This document shows positions 1 to 8,324 of a DNA stretch of 32,000 nucleotides, one piece after another; the stretch's first letter is position 1, and every line of letters starts with the position of its first letter. This DNA comes from Candidatus Lokiarchaeum ossiferum (lineage in GTDB: Archaea; Asgardarchaeota; Lokiarchaeia; Sigyniarchaeales; Promethearchaeaceae). The notes under the pieces are model-generated. The model saw only the letters and a program-made list of their open reading frames with translations. It had not been told where the DNA came from and made no database searches. The position numbers and the translations under genes were made by a program. The stretch spans positions 990,001-1,022,000 of the forward strand of contig CP104013.1 of NCBI GenBank assembly GCA_025839675.1, given 5' to 3'.

Positions 1-35
1 GTTTTGCAAATAAATGGACAGAAAAATTACAAAAT

Positions 36-407
36 ATGGGAAGTATTACAGATATATTAGAAAAAGATGAAGAATTAAGAAAAGCTAAACATGAATTGAA
101 AGAAACGAAGCAAATTTTTAAGCAAGCAAGTGAAAAATTTATTATCCAATACTTCGGAGGTCTCTTATCGAAAATGTTAGATAAAGAGGTAAAATCATCC
201 CAAGGATTAATATATTTATGCCTTAAAGAAGCATTTAACAACAATAACAAGATAAAATTAGATTTCGCAAGCCTTAAGGAGATCTTTTTTAATAATTTGG
301 ATGAAAAATTAATTTCATTAAATTTCACTAACCATGATTTAATTATTAATTCGCTTATTGATGAATTAAGACAACATCAATCATTATTGATGATGATGAA
401 CATATAG
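36..407 (+). CDS. Hypothetical protein, possibly 5'-truncated by the window edge
   Basis: ORF with ATG at 36. The same frame stays open back to nt 3 (..FANKWTEKLQN-MGS..), so the gene may start upstream of the window. The N-terminal part is charged and coiled-coil-like (EKDEELRKAKHELKETKQ). No domain recognised. Confidence 0.4.
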   Translation: MGSITDILEKDEELRKAKHELKETKQIFKQASEKFIIQYFGGLLSKMLDKEVKSSQGLIYLCLKEAFNNNNKIKLDFASLKEIFFNNLDEKLISLNFTNHDLIINSLIDELRQHQSLLMMMNI

Positions 408-421
408 AGTGTGAGAAACTA

Positions 422-1171
422 TTGACAGATATATTAACTATAGTAGTAATGGGGGCAATTTTCTTAGCAATATTAAGTGCTTTCAGTTTAGGACTTTTTA
501 TGACAATAAAAGCACTTCAAACTGAATACTATGATATAATTTATTATGGAATTGGTATTTTCTGTATGGGTTTACTCTATATATTTGAATTAAGTGGTTT
601 GAGATTTTTTCAAGAAACTGTAAAAGTCATTGGATTGTTCTTCTTCTTAATATTTTGCAAGAAAAGCTTTTATAATGAAAAATCACCAACTGTTTTCACT
701 CTCCTATATATATATCATTTCATCCTTCTTTTTATTAATCCAATTTTGAGTTTAAACTATGATAGATTTGCCATTATAATTAATCTCTTTTTTGGTTCCA
801 GTTTAATGTTTATTTTTTTATTAATCTCTATTGGAGCATGGGTCGACTATAAGAAAATAAAAGTACTAAATGTTGAACCTTTTCTTAAGATAAGATATTT
901 ATTAGTCAGTATGGCGAGTTTTCTATTTATAATAACTGGTAGTTCAATTATAATTGGGCACATTTTCCGTAAATATGGTAGTGATAACATTTATAATGTG
1001 ACAGAATTGATAACTATTTTTTCAGCACTTTTGGCTTCTATAGTTTTTTATTTAGCATTTGTAGGACCGAAGAAATTTAGAAAAATCTTTAATCGAACAT
1101 ATAAATCAATAGATATAGATTACAATGGCTTTATCGAGCAGGAAATAATAGGAGATTTATTAGATAAATAG
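422..1171 (+). CDS. Polytopic membrane protein, unknown function
   Basis: 249-aa ORF with a TTG start at 422 (alternative ATG at 449). Several long hydrophobic segments (IVVMGAIFLAILSAFSLGLFM, GIGIFCMGLLYIF, IGLFFFLIF, LLFINPILSL, LMFIFLLISIGAW, MASFLFIITGSSIIIG, IFSALLASIVFYLAF). No catalytic motif recognised. Confidence 0.6.
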   Translation: MTDILTIVVMGAIFLAILSAFSLGLFMTIKALQTEYYDIIYYGIGIFCMGLLYIFELSGLRFFQETVKVIGLFFFLIFCKKSFYNEKSPTVFTLLYIYHFILLFINPILSLNYDRFAIIINLFFGSSLMFIFLLISIGAWVDYKKIKVLNVEPFLKIRYLLVSMASFLFIITGSSIIIGHIFRKYGSDNIYNVTELITIFSALLASIVFYLAFVGPKKFRKIFNRTYKSIDIDYNGFIEQEIIGDLLDK

Positions 1172-1185
1172 AAAAATCAATTCCA

Positions 1186-2058
1186 TTAATATAATGGAGG
1201 GTTTTTTTGCAGTATTAGATTTTTTTGAAAAATGGTGAAAATGCTTGTTTTAAAAATTGAAATGCCTTGGTCAATTGGGACTAAATCCAATACTTTATTT
1301 AATATTTGTTGATTTAAAAAGTCGTTTGAGTATTTCTCTTTATCCAACCCAGGATCATATTTATGCAAGAACAAATTCAATTCAATTTTTAATTTATCTA
1401 CGTGAATATTTTTTAATATAATTTCAAAATAAGATAGAGATTCTTCATAGCGATCAGTATCTTGAATATCTAATACATAGATTATTTTGTCTATGTTTTC
1501 TAGGACTTCATCAGGTTTATTTGTGAATAAATCGCGATAAACAACTTGTCCTCCAAATTCATGGTATATTACCTCAGGTCTATATTTGAATTCCATATTA
1601 AGATCATAAAGGATAGAAGACATATGCTGTTTTCCTTCAGTGGGTTTTAAATTCTGATTAATAAATGCAAGTAGATTTTTTTTACCTAAAAAAGAAAGCA
1701 AAATTGAAGTTTTCCCACTTTTATCTAATCCCATTAGAAGAATGTTTTCTTGGTTTTTAGTTTTTTTTGAAAAAAGAGACTCTTGAGTGGAAATAAACGA
1801 TTCTAAATTTTCAAAAAGGGAATAAATTTGTTTATTCCTTACCATTATATATTTCCGCGTTCCAGATTTTTTAGAACTAATAATTCCTGCATTTTTTAGG
1901 ATTTTTATTTGTTTAAAGGTAGTAGATCGACTACGCCCTATTTTTTGCTCAAGTTCTCCAATAGTTAGTGTACCCTTCTGAAGAACCGATAAAATTTCGA
2001 ACCTTGTCTCATCTCCAATAATTTTGATTAGCTCTAACAGCTGCTGATTGTTGTTCAT
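1186..2058 (-). CDS. ArsR/SmtB-type winged-HTH fused to an Arf/Arl-like small GTPase
   Basis: The N-terminal ~90 aa look like an ArsR wHTH (IGDETRFEILSVLQKGTLTIGELEQKIGRSRSTTFKQIKILKNAGIISS..GTRKYI). The C-terminal part aligns by eye with Arf: G1 ILLMGLDKSGKTSIL (Arf ILMVGLDAAGKTTIL), switch I PTEG, G3 HEFGGQ (Arf WDVGGQ), IIYVLDIQDTDRY (Arf LIFVVDSNDRER) and G4 LHKYD (Arf NKQD). Confidence 0.85.
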   Translation of the reverse strand: MNNNQQLLELIKIIGDETRFEILSVLQKGTLTIGELEQKIGRSRSTTFKQIKILKNAGIISSKKSGTRKYIMVRNKQIYSLFENLESFISTQESLFSKKTKNQENILLMGLDKSGKTSILLSFLGKKNLLAFINQNLKPTEGKQHMSSILYDLNMEFKYRPEVIYHEFGGQVVYRDLFTNKPDEVLENIDKIIYVLDIQDTDRYEESLSYFEIILKNIHVDKLKIELNLFLHKYDPGLDKEKYSNDFLNQQILNKVLDLVPIDQGISIFKTSIFTIFQKNLILQKNPPLY

Positions 2059-2111
2059 TTTTCTTAACTTTTTTTTCTATATTATATTAAACTATTTCAA
2101 TATATATAAAT

Positions 2112-2150
2112 GATTCGGACATTTAATGTTGTGAGATCTCGGACATTTAA
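2112..2150. promoter_or_regulatory. Two direct repeats GAT(T/CT)CGGACATTTAA upstream of the wHTH-GTPase gene, a candidate operator
   Basis: GATTCGGACATTTAA lies at 2112-2126 and GATCTCGGACATTTAA at 2135-2150, with the TCGGACATTTAA cores 24 nt apart. A weaker third copy, TCCGAAACATTTA, lies at 2242-2254. The repeats are next to the A/T box TATATATAAA (2101-2110), 43-52 nt upstream of the start codon at 2058. Confidence 0.35.
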
Positions 2151-2311
2151 AAATATTATTTGATTTCAAACAAAAATTTTCCAAAAAATAATAGAAAATT
2201 CATAAATATATAAGGATCTAAATATGTCATATGTTCGAGAGTCCGAAACATTTATATAATCTAATTGATATGAAATATTTATGATTAGAATTTTTTTTAA
2301 AAAAAACTGGG

Positions 2312-3250
2312 ATGAAAATGATGAACACAATAGATGTAGAATTAAAACAATCAGAAACAAATGATAAAAACAATCCAATAAAAGGTAAGAAGCTAGATTC
2401 AAAAATGAATGTCTGGTCATTCTTTTTGATTACTTATTTAATAAGTTGGATTTTATGGCTTCCTGGGATTCTAAGAACATTTGTCCTTCCTGATATTTCA
2501 AGAGGGTTAGTAGAAGGATTAGCTATGTTAAGCACAATTGTTCCCAGTTGTGTTGGATTGGCTTTCATCTTCAAGGAAAATGGAAAAGAGGGACTTGTCC
2601 AAGTTTTGAAAAAATCTTTCGATTTTAAACATTACAAATGGTTACTCCCATCCTTACTTATCTACTTGGCACTTATAGTAATAAGTCACTTAATCAATCT
2701 CATAAGAAAAGTTCCCTTTCCTGTTGGTTATATATGGCAGGAATGGTGGATGATAATACCTCTCTATATTTTAATGTTAATTATTGGTGGTTCGATTGGA
2801 GAAGAATTTGGATGGAGAGGATATGCAGTCCCTGAACTACAAAAACAATTTAATGCCTATACATGTGCTCTTATAGTAGGGTTTCTCTGGGCATTTTGGC
2901 ATATTCCCACTTTCTTTATTGATGGCGCCAATCAAAGGGATGAAGGATTACCATTTATTCCGTATGTAATAACACTTGTTTGCTTTACGATTATTATGGT
3001 ATGGCAAATAAATATTTCAAAAAGTAGTTTAGTCCCTGCCTTTACACTACATACTTTGATTAATATTACAAACGAATTTTTTCCAATCCTAAATACTGAT
3101 ACGGGAGATTATAGTGCTTGGATCATTATTGATGTACTTTTAATTTTGTGCTGTATCCTAATTCCACTATTTTATCGAGTTGATAATTTTCAAAAACGAA
3201 AAAAAAGTCAATCAGATGACCCCCTTTCTGTCTCAAAAGAACTACAATAA
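2312..3250 (+). CDS. CPBP family (CAAX-protease/Abi-like) intramembrane metalloprotease
   Basis: Signature motifs EEFGWRGY (motif 1, EExxxR) and FLWAFWH (motif 2, FxxxH), plus a later histidine region (FTLHTLIN), embedded in multiple TM helices. Confidence 0.85.
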   Translation: MKMMNTIDVELKQSETNDKNNPIKGKKLDSKMNVWSFFLITYLISWILWLPGILRTFVLPDISRGLVEGLAMLSTIVPSCVGLAFIFKENGKEGLVQVLKKSFDFKHYKWLLPSLLIYLALIVISHLINLIRKVPFPVGYIWQEWWMIIPLYILMLIIGGSIGEEFGWRGYAVPELQKQFNAYTCALIVGFLWAFWHIPTFFIDGANQRDEGLPFIPYVITLVCFTIIMVWQINISKSSLVPAFTLHTLINITNEFFPILNTDTGDYSAWIIIDVLLILCCILIPLFYRVDNFQKRKKSQSDDPLSVSKELQ

Positions 3251-3311
3251 CGATATTTACAAATGAAAATGAAAAAAAAATACAAAAAAAAAAAAAAACG
3301 GGAAAACAAAA

Positions 3312-4106
3312 ATGAATCAAATATTAGAATCAAAAATGAATGTAAAGGGACAAAGAAACCCAAAAATTGTGGCTATTTGTGGTAGTCCTCGAAAAGGTCT
3401 AACGAAAAAAGCTTTAGATCAAATGAGAGATCTTTATCCTGATATTAACTTGAAAATACTCATGCTTAAAGATCTCTCATTAAAACCTTGCCTTGGTTGT
3501 TATTCGTGTGTTTTAAAAGGAGAAGATCGTTGTCCCTTAAAGGATGACCGAAAAATCATTTTGCAAGATATGATTGATGCAGATGGAGTTATTTTCGCAT
3601 CCCCTGTCTTTGTGAATACAATTACTGCCATGATGAAAAATTTCTTTGAAAGATTAGGATATCTTGCCCATAGACCAGTCTTCTTTGAGAAATATGCAAT
3701 GGTCATGTCTGTCTGTGGAGGATTTGGAACGGAACCAGCTAATAAATATATGCAAGATATTGCCCAATCTTTTGGTTTCAACGTGGTTAATTCTTTGGAA
3801 TTAAAGTACTCATCAAGATCAGAAAAGGAACATAATTATAATCTACAATTCATCAAAAAAGCGATGGTTGATTTATTAAATGGAATTAACACTCAAATCA
3901 AAACCAAACCCACAATAACTCAAGTAGTGATGTTCAATCTCTTTAAGTATATTTCATCTGTGAAAAAAGACTATTTTAGCGCAGACTACGAGTACTATAA
4001 GAGTAAATCAGGATTCTTTGATGAGAGAAAAATCAATTTCTTTTATAATTGGATCGCTAAACAACAAATTAAAAAATTTAAGAAAGATTTTGTTCAAAAT
4101 CGATAA
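3312..4106 (+). CDS. Iron-sulfur flavoprotein (Isf)-like NAD(P)H-dependent FMN reductase family protein
   Basis: Flavodoxin-like start IVAICGSPRKG (FMN_red-type GSPR motif). Compact cysteine cluster CLGCYSCVLKGEDRC (C-x2-C-x2-C-x7-C), as in methanogen Isf proteins. An alternative start at 3336 (MNVKGQ) is possible. Confidence 0.8.
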   Translation: MNQILESKMNVKGQRNPKIVAICGSPRKGLTKKALDQMRDLYPDINLKILMLKDLSLKPCLGCYSCVLKGEDRCPLKDDRKIILQDMIDADGVIFASPVFVNTITAMMKNFFERLGYLAHRPVFFEKYAMVMSVCGGFGTEPANKYMQDIAQSFGFNVVNSLELKYSSRSEKEHNYNLQFIKKAMVDLLNGINTQIKTKPTITQVVMFNLFKYISSVKKDYFSADYEYYKSKSGFFDERKINFFYNWIAKQQIKKFKKDFVQNR

Positions 4107-4130
4107 AAATAAAAACTTAAGGAGATTAAA

Positions 4131-4964
4131 ATGAAAAAATCACACTCCACGTCATATACCACCATCCCATGGCCTAAAATTCGAACATTTGTAACCGATT
4201 ATTTAGAAATGGGGATGAAGAAACACAACGTCCATGGTTACGGAGAAATTAATGTTACGGTTCCAAAATCAATCATTAAAACGATTTATGCCGAAACTAA
4301 TGAGAAAATTTCATTCACTGCATATTTTGTACATTCTCTAGCAAAAGCAGTTGGAGAACACAAAATGATGCATGCGATGAAACGCAAGAACAAATTAGTA
4401 ATTTTTGATGATGTTGATGTGGTCACGATTATCGAACGAGATATCAATGGGATGAAGTATCCACAATCTCATATCATTCGAAAAGCTGATAAGAAAACCC
4501 TAAGAGAAATTAATGATGAAATTCGTTCCGTTCAACAAAACCCCTCTCCTCAAAATGGATTCAAAAAACTAGACAAATTTGTGCAATTACCTCGCTTTAT
4601 ACGACGAATGCTCTGGAGATATCTCATGAACCATCCGAAGAAACAAAAAGAATCAATGGGAACCGTGGGGGTGTCATCAATTGGAATGTTCTCACGACAA
4701 AAAGGTTGGGGAATTCCAATTGCACTCCCTACTCTTAGTTTTACTCTAGGAGGAATATATCAAAAAAAATTTTCATCAAGGGATTCTAAACATAATTCTC
4801 AATTTGAAAATCAACTCTGTTATACAATGACAGTGGATCATGATATTATCGATGGTGCTCCTGCTGCGCGCTTTGTAACCCGATTAAGCAATATAATTGA
4901 AGACGCAGAAAGTCTTCAAACTATTTCTACCAAGATGATAGTTCCAAATTTTTTTGTAAAATAA
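4131..4964 (+). CDS. Stand-alone 2-oxoacid dehydrogenase E2-type acyltransferase catalytic domain protein (no lipoyl domain)
   Basis: C-terminal active-site signature MTVDHDIIDGAPAARFV (the DHxxxDG motif of the E2/CAT-like fold). Its 277 aa is the size of a catalytic domain only. AAGGAG lies 8 nt upstream of the ATG. Confidence 0.8.
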   Translation: MKKSHSTSYTTIPWPKIRTFVTDYLEMGMKKHNVHGYGEINVTVPKSIIKTIYAETNEKISFTAYFVHSLAKAVGEHKMMHAMKRKNKLVIFDDVDVVTIIERDINGMKYPQSHIIRKADKKTLREINDEIRSVQQNPSPQNGFKKLDKFVQLPRFIRRMLWRYLMNHPKKQKESMGTVGVSSIGMFSRQKGWGIPIALPTLSFTLGGIYQKKFSSRDSKHNSQFENQLCYTMTVDHDIIDGAPAARFVTRLSNIIEDAESLQTISTKMIVPNFFVK

Positions 4965-4970
4965 TTTAAC

Positions 4971-5837
4971 GTGATGAAAATGCAAATTGAATTTAAAAAT
5001 AATAAATCTGATACACAGAATAAAGTGGTTTTATCCTCGATTTTGTATATTTTTTCAGGAACAGGCAATTCGTTAAATGTTGCCCTGAAAATTAAAGAAA
5101 AAATGCCCGAATTCAAAATTATATCAATAGTTGATGCCTATGAAGCCAAAGAATTTGAAATCAAGGCTTCCAAAATCGGATTTGTGTTTCCAGTCTATTT
5201 TTTAGACATCCCAAATATTGTAAAGAAATTCTTTAAAAAAATGAATATCATTGGAAACCCCTATATTTTTACCATTGCAACGGCTGGAGGCAAAATTGGA
5301 AGAACTTTTAAAACTATCAGCAAAATACTCACCAAAATCGATCGAAAGATGGATGCAGAATATGGTGTAATTACTCCAGGTAATTCGATTGTTATGATAG
5401 ATGAAACAGATACTAATGAAGAAAAGGAATTGAAATTAACGACTTCACGGCAAAGAATAGAGGAGATCATAAAGTCAATAAGAATCAATGAAAAAATATC
5501 TTTTCCAACTAAAAAGCGCACATTTGGGGAATTAATGTTGTCAGTTTCAGGAAAAATATTTCTTTACCGAGTATTTAGCGATAGACTATTTCGGGTCGAT
5601 AAAGAATTATGTAAACAATGTGGAACTTGTGAATCCGTTTGTCCGATGCATAATATTAAATTGATAAACGGAAATCCGACATGGAATCGAAACTGCGAGT
5701 GTTGTGCCGCCTGTCTTCATTGGTGTCCGCATCAAGCCATCAATAATTTGAATACAAAAGGTGTCTCCCGGTATCATCACCCAGAAATATCTCTAAAGAA
5801 AATGAAATCGTTTAGTGAGGGCGTGAAACATGAGTAA
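4971..5837 (+). CDS. EFR1-type flavodoxin-like / 2x[4Fe-4S] ferredoxin fusion protein (paralog 1)
   Basis: N-terminal flavodoxin-like motif IFSGTGNS. C-terminal CKQCGTCESVCP and CECCAACLHWCP cluster motifs. GTG at 4971, ATG at 4974. Confidence 0.8.
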   Translation: MMKMQIEFKNNKSDTQNKVVLSSILYIFSGTGNSLNVALKIKEKMPEFKIISIVDAYEAKEFEIKASKIGFVFPVYFLDIPNIVKKFFKKMNIIGNPYIFTIATAGGKIGRTFKTISKILTKIDRKMDAEYGVITPGNSIVMIDETDTNEEKELKLTTSRQRIEEIIKSIRINEKISFPTKKRTFGELMLSVSGKIFLYRVFSDRLFRVDKELCKQCGTCESVCPMHNIKLINGNPTWNRNCECCAACLHWCPHQAINNLNTKGVSRYHHPEISLKKMKSFSEGVKHE

Positions 5838-6642
5838 CAATAATAACATCAATAGTAAAGAGACCCTTTTGTTTGTTTTTTCAGGAACGGGAAATTCTTT
5901 GTATGTGGCGCAAAAAGTCCAATCTCATCTCACCCATAGTCGCATAATTTCGCTCTCAAAAGCCCTAAGCGAACAGAAATTGGAATGGTCTGCACCTCAA
6001 ATCGGGTTTATTTTCCCCGTGTACTTCCGAGATATTCCCCATGTGGTGGAAAAATTCTTAAAGAATATTTCTATTAAAGATAATCCCTATCTATTTGCTA
6101 TCGCCACAAATGGGGGTGAAGGGGGTCATCCCTTCAAGCTTATGAATAAAATTCTTCACAAACAAGAGAAAAAACTTAATGCAGGATTTTTACTTGCAAT
6201 GCCCCAAAATTCAATTGTGGGTGTTGATAAATTGCATAAACACGAAGAAATAATCCAAATTCTGGATAGCTCAGAAATGGTGATTTCAGATATTATTGAA
6301 TGTATTCTTCAAAACCAAGAGAATCAAAAGGATTTTGTGAAACCTACACTATCCAATCGCATGATGGCTTGGGGAGGGAAATTCTCTATGTTTCGAGTTC
6401 TTAATGATCGGAAATTTCGGGTGGATGAAGAAAAATGCATTGGATGTGGAATATGCCAACGAGTGTGTCCCATGGAAAATATCGAATTAATTGACAAGAA
6501 ACCAAAATGGAACCATAATTGCGAGTGCTGCACTGCTTGTATTCATTGGTGTCCACGTCAAGCCGTAGTGAATGTAGGGACCGAAGGAAAACCGCGATAT
6601 CATCATCCTGAAATTTCAGTAAAGCAAATTAGCTCCTATTAA
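5830..6642 (+). CDS. EFR1-type flavodoxin-like / 2x[4Fe-4S] ferredoxin fusion protein (paralog 2)
   Basis: Same architecture as the upstream gene (VFSGTGNS, CIGCGICQRVCP, CECCTACIHWCP, shared PRYHHPEIS tail). Collinear with it along the full length. The start overlaps the upstream stop by 8 nt. Confidence 0.8.
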   Translation: MSNNNNINSKETLLFVFSGTGNSLYVAQKVQSHLTHSRIISLSKALSEQKLEWSAPQIGFIFPVYFRDIPHVVEKFLKNISIKDNPYLFAIATNGGEGGHPFKLMNKILHKQEKKLNAGFLLAMPQNSIVGVDKLHKHEEIIQILDSSEMVISDIIECILQNQENQKDFVKPTLSNRMMAWGGKFSMFRVLNDRKFRVDEEKCIGCGICQRVCPMENIELIDKKPKWNHNCECCTACIHWCPRQAVVNVGTEGKPRYHHPEISVKQISSY

Positions 6643-6754
6643 ATTTTTGAAATAAGGAACTATTGATTTTTTTTCTTATACATTTTTCAACTAACCGGTC
6701 ATAATTTTATGGTTTTTAACAATTTACACCCAATCTTAAAATTATAATAGGGTT

Positions 6755-6775
6755 GGCGGCTCTCGAGGGGAATCG
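6755..6775 (-). repeat. tRNA-3'-end-like motif, copy 1
   Basis: Plus strand GGCGGCTCTCGAGGGGAATCG. Reverse complement CGATTCCCCTCGAGAGCCGCC, followed by A. Intergenic, between the EFR1 operon and the MBL gene. Confidence 0.7.
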
Positions 6776-6851
6776 CTCTTCTTGTTAGACAATTGTCAGA
6801 CAGAACAACATAAACAAAAAAAAAAATAGTGCACATTTTGCTTAGTTTTCA

Positions 6852-6887
6852 TTGAATTATACCTCATTTCAATTCAAAAAAAAAAAA
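6852..6887 (-). terminator. Oligo-T tract (T12 on the minus strand) with a weak AT hairpin just downstream of the MBL gene stop
   Basis: A12 on the plus strand at 6876-6887 is T12 on the minus strand, starting 7 nt after the TAA stop (6894-6896). The inverted repeat TTGAATT (6852-6858) / AATTCAA (6871-6877) overlaps it. Archaeal termination typically uses oligo-T. Confidence 0.4.
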
Positions 6888-6893
6888 TAGGAA

Positions 6894-8318
6894 TTATGTT
6901 TGAATAGGTTCTTTGGTTTTATCCACCTTTTTTTCTGCTTGAGGGATTTTCCTAGTCTTCTTCAATATCAAAATGCTCCAAATGAGAATAACTGCTTCAA
7001 CGAGAAAATTGAATGCTGTCCGACCGTTAAATCCCGCGTGAATGAATTCACTAATTCGAGTTAGAAGAAGTAAACTCATAACTACTGCCACTACGGTTAT
7101 GAGGATTGGTGCTTTTAATTCTTTCTTTTTACTTATCTTCCGTCCTACAACGAACATGAGGATTAACATAAGCAAGGAGATCACAATTATAACAACTGGA
7201 GGGAACTGGGCCACATCCTTCAAAAGATTTGTAGTAATAATTACCTCAGAATATTTAGGCATACTGATAAAAAAACCATCATATCCAATGGCAATCTCAC
7301 CATCAAAAATTTTAGCAGCATCCCCTATAAATAATCTCTCAGCAATCTGAGATTCGGGGAGTGGTGGAATCATATGAGTATAAACTAAAAATTCAACATT
7401 TGCATTTTTAGCTGTTGTTGCTGCATCTTCTGGGGACATATGATAATCTTGGATATCGGTTAAAATAATTTCTCCATTACTTATACTAGAGCCACCTTCA
7501 CTAGTTGCTTCATTAATCATTTGGACAACTTCAGCATTTAACGCTTCACAAATAAGTAAATCAGCATTCGCTGATTGTGCTTCTAAATTTTCAGAATACA
7601 CAGAATCACCGCTAATTACAACACTCCGACCCTTGTATTCGAATTTATATCCCACTGCAGGTTCCACGGGATAATGATTTACGTTAAACATGGTGATAAC
7701 AATACCTGCTTCATTAAAGATCTCCATACCCGCCATAGTGTCATTACTTATTAGAATAGGGTATGCTATACCACCACTTCCATTTATTGACACATTTTCT
7801 TCACCGTGATGTGCCGTCCTATAGGTAGCATCTAATTCGAAGGCATCATTAAACCCATCTACTACTGATGTAACTCCAGGTGGACCGTATATATGTAAAG
7901 GTGCGCTATTTCCTTCGGTAGCCCATCTTTGTAGCATTAATTCTCCCAAATCGGCAATGTGGTCTGAATGAAAGTGAGTCAAAAATACTGCGTCTATTAA
8001 ACCAGGAGAAATCCCTGATAGCAAAAGATTTCTAGTTGAACCAGATCCTGAATCGACAATGAAATGTTTATCACCAGCAATTACCAAATTTGATGGACCA
8101 ACCCGATCTGGATCAGACATTGGGGATCCAGTGCCTAATAACATTACATGAAGCCCTTGATCTATATCAGGATACGATCTTTGGGACCGAGCAGCCGTAT
8201 TTACAATTTGTCTAGTTAACCAACTTGGAGGATTTGACAAAATGATCCCAATCCCCACAGATAATCCTAAAAGGATAGTTAAACTTATTCCTAGGGTAAT
8301 TTTCTGATTCTTTTGCAT
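6894..8318 (-). CDS. Membrane-anchored MBL-fold metallo-hydrolase
   Basis: The metallo-beta-lactamase motif THFHSDH is present, with later His/Asp positions (ISGDS.., VYTHMIP). There is an N-terminal TM anchor (ITLGISLTILLGLSVGIGIIL) and about three C-terminal TM helices. Confidence 0.85.
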   Translation of the reverse strand: MQKNQKITLGISLTILLGLSVGIGIILSNPPSWLTRQIVNTAARSQRSYPDIDQGLHVMLLGTGSPMSDPDRVGPSNLVIAGDKHFIVDSGSGSTRNLLLSGISPGLIDAVFLTHFHSDHIADLGELMLQRWATEGNSAPLHIYGPPGVTSVVDGFNDAFELDATYRTAHHGEENVSINGSGGIAYPILISNDTMAGMEIFNEAGIVITMFNVNHYPVEPAVGYKFEYKGRSVVISGDSVYSENLEAQSANADLLICEALNAEVVQMINEATSEGGSSISNGEIILTDIQDYHMSPEDAATTAKNANVEFLVYTHMIPPLPESQIAERLFIGDAAKIFDGEIAIGYDGFFISMPKYSEVIITTNLLKDVAQFPPVVIIVISLLMLILMFVVGRKISKKKELKAPILITVVAVVMSLLLLTRISEFIHAGFNGRTAFNFLVEAVILIWSILILKKTRKIPQAEKKVDKTKEPIQT

Positions 8319-8324
8319 TCAGTC

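Noticed and set aside
3272-3298. The A9 and A15 homopolymer runs between the CPBP and Isf-like genes might be a slippage or phase-variation tract. Similar A11/A12 runs lie at 6816-6826 and 6876-6887.
   Set aside because: They are intergenic and not within coding sequence. Long A/T runs are expected in a genome this AT-rich. On the relevant strand, some plausibly act as oligo-T terminators. There is no evidence for phase variation from a single sequence.
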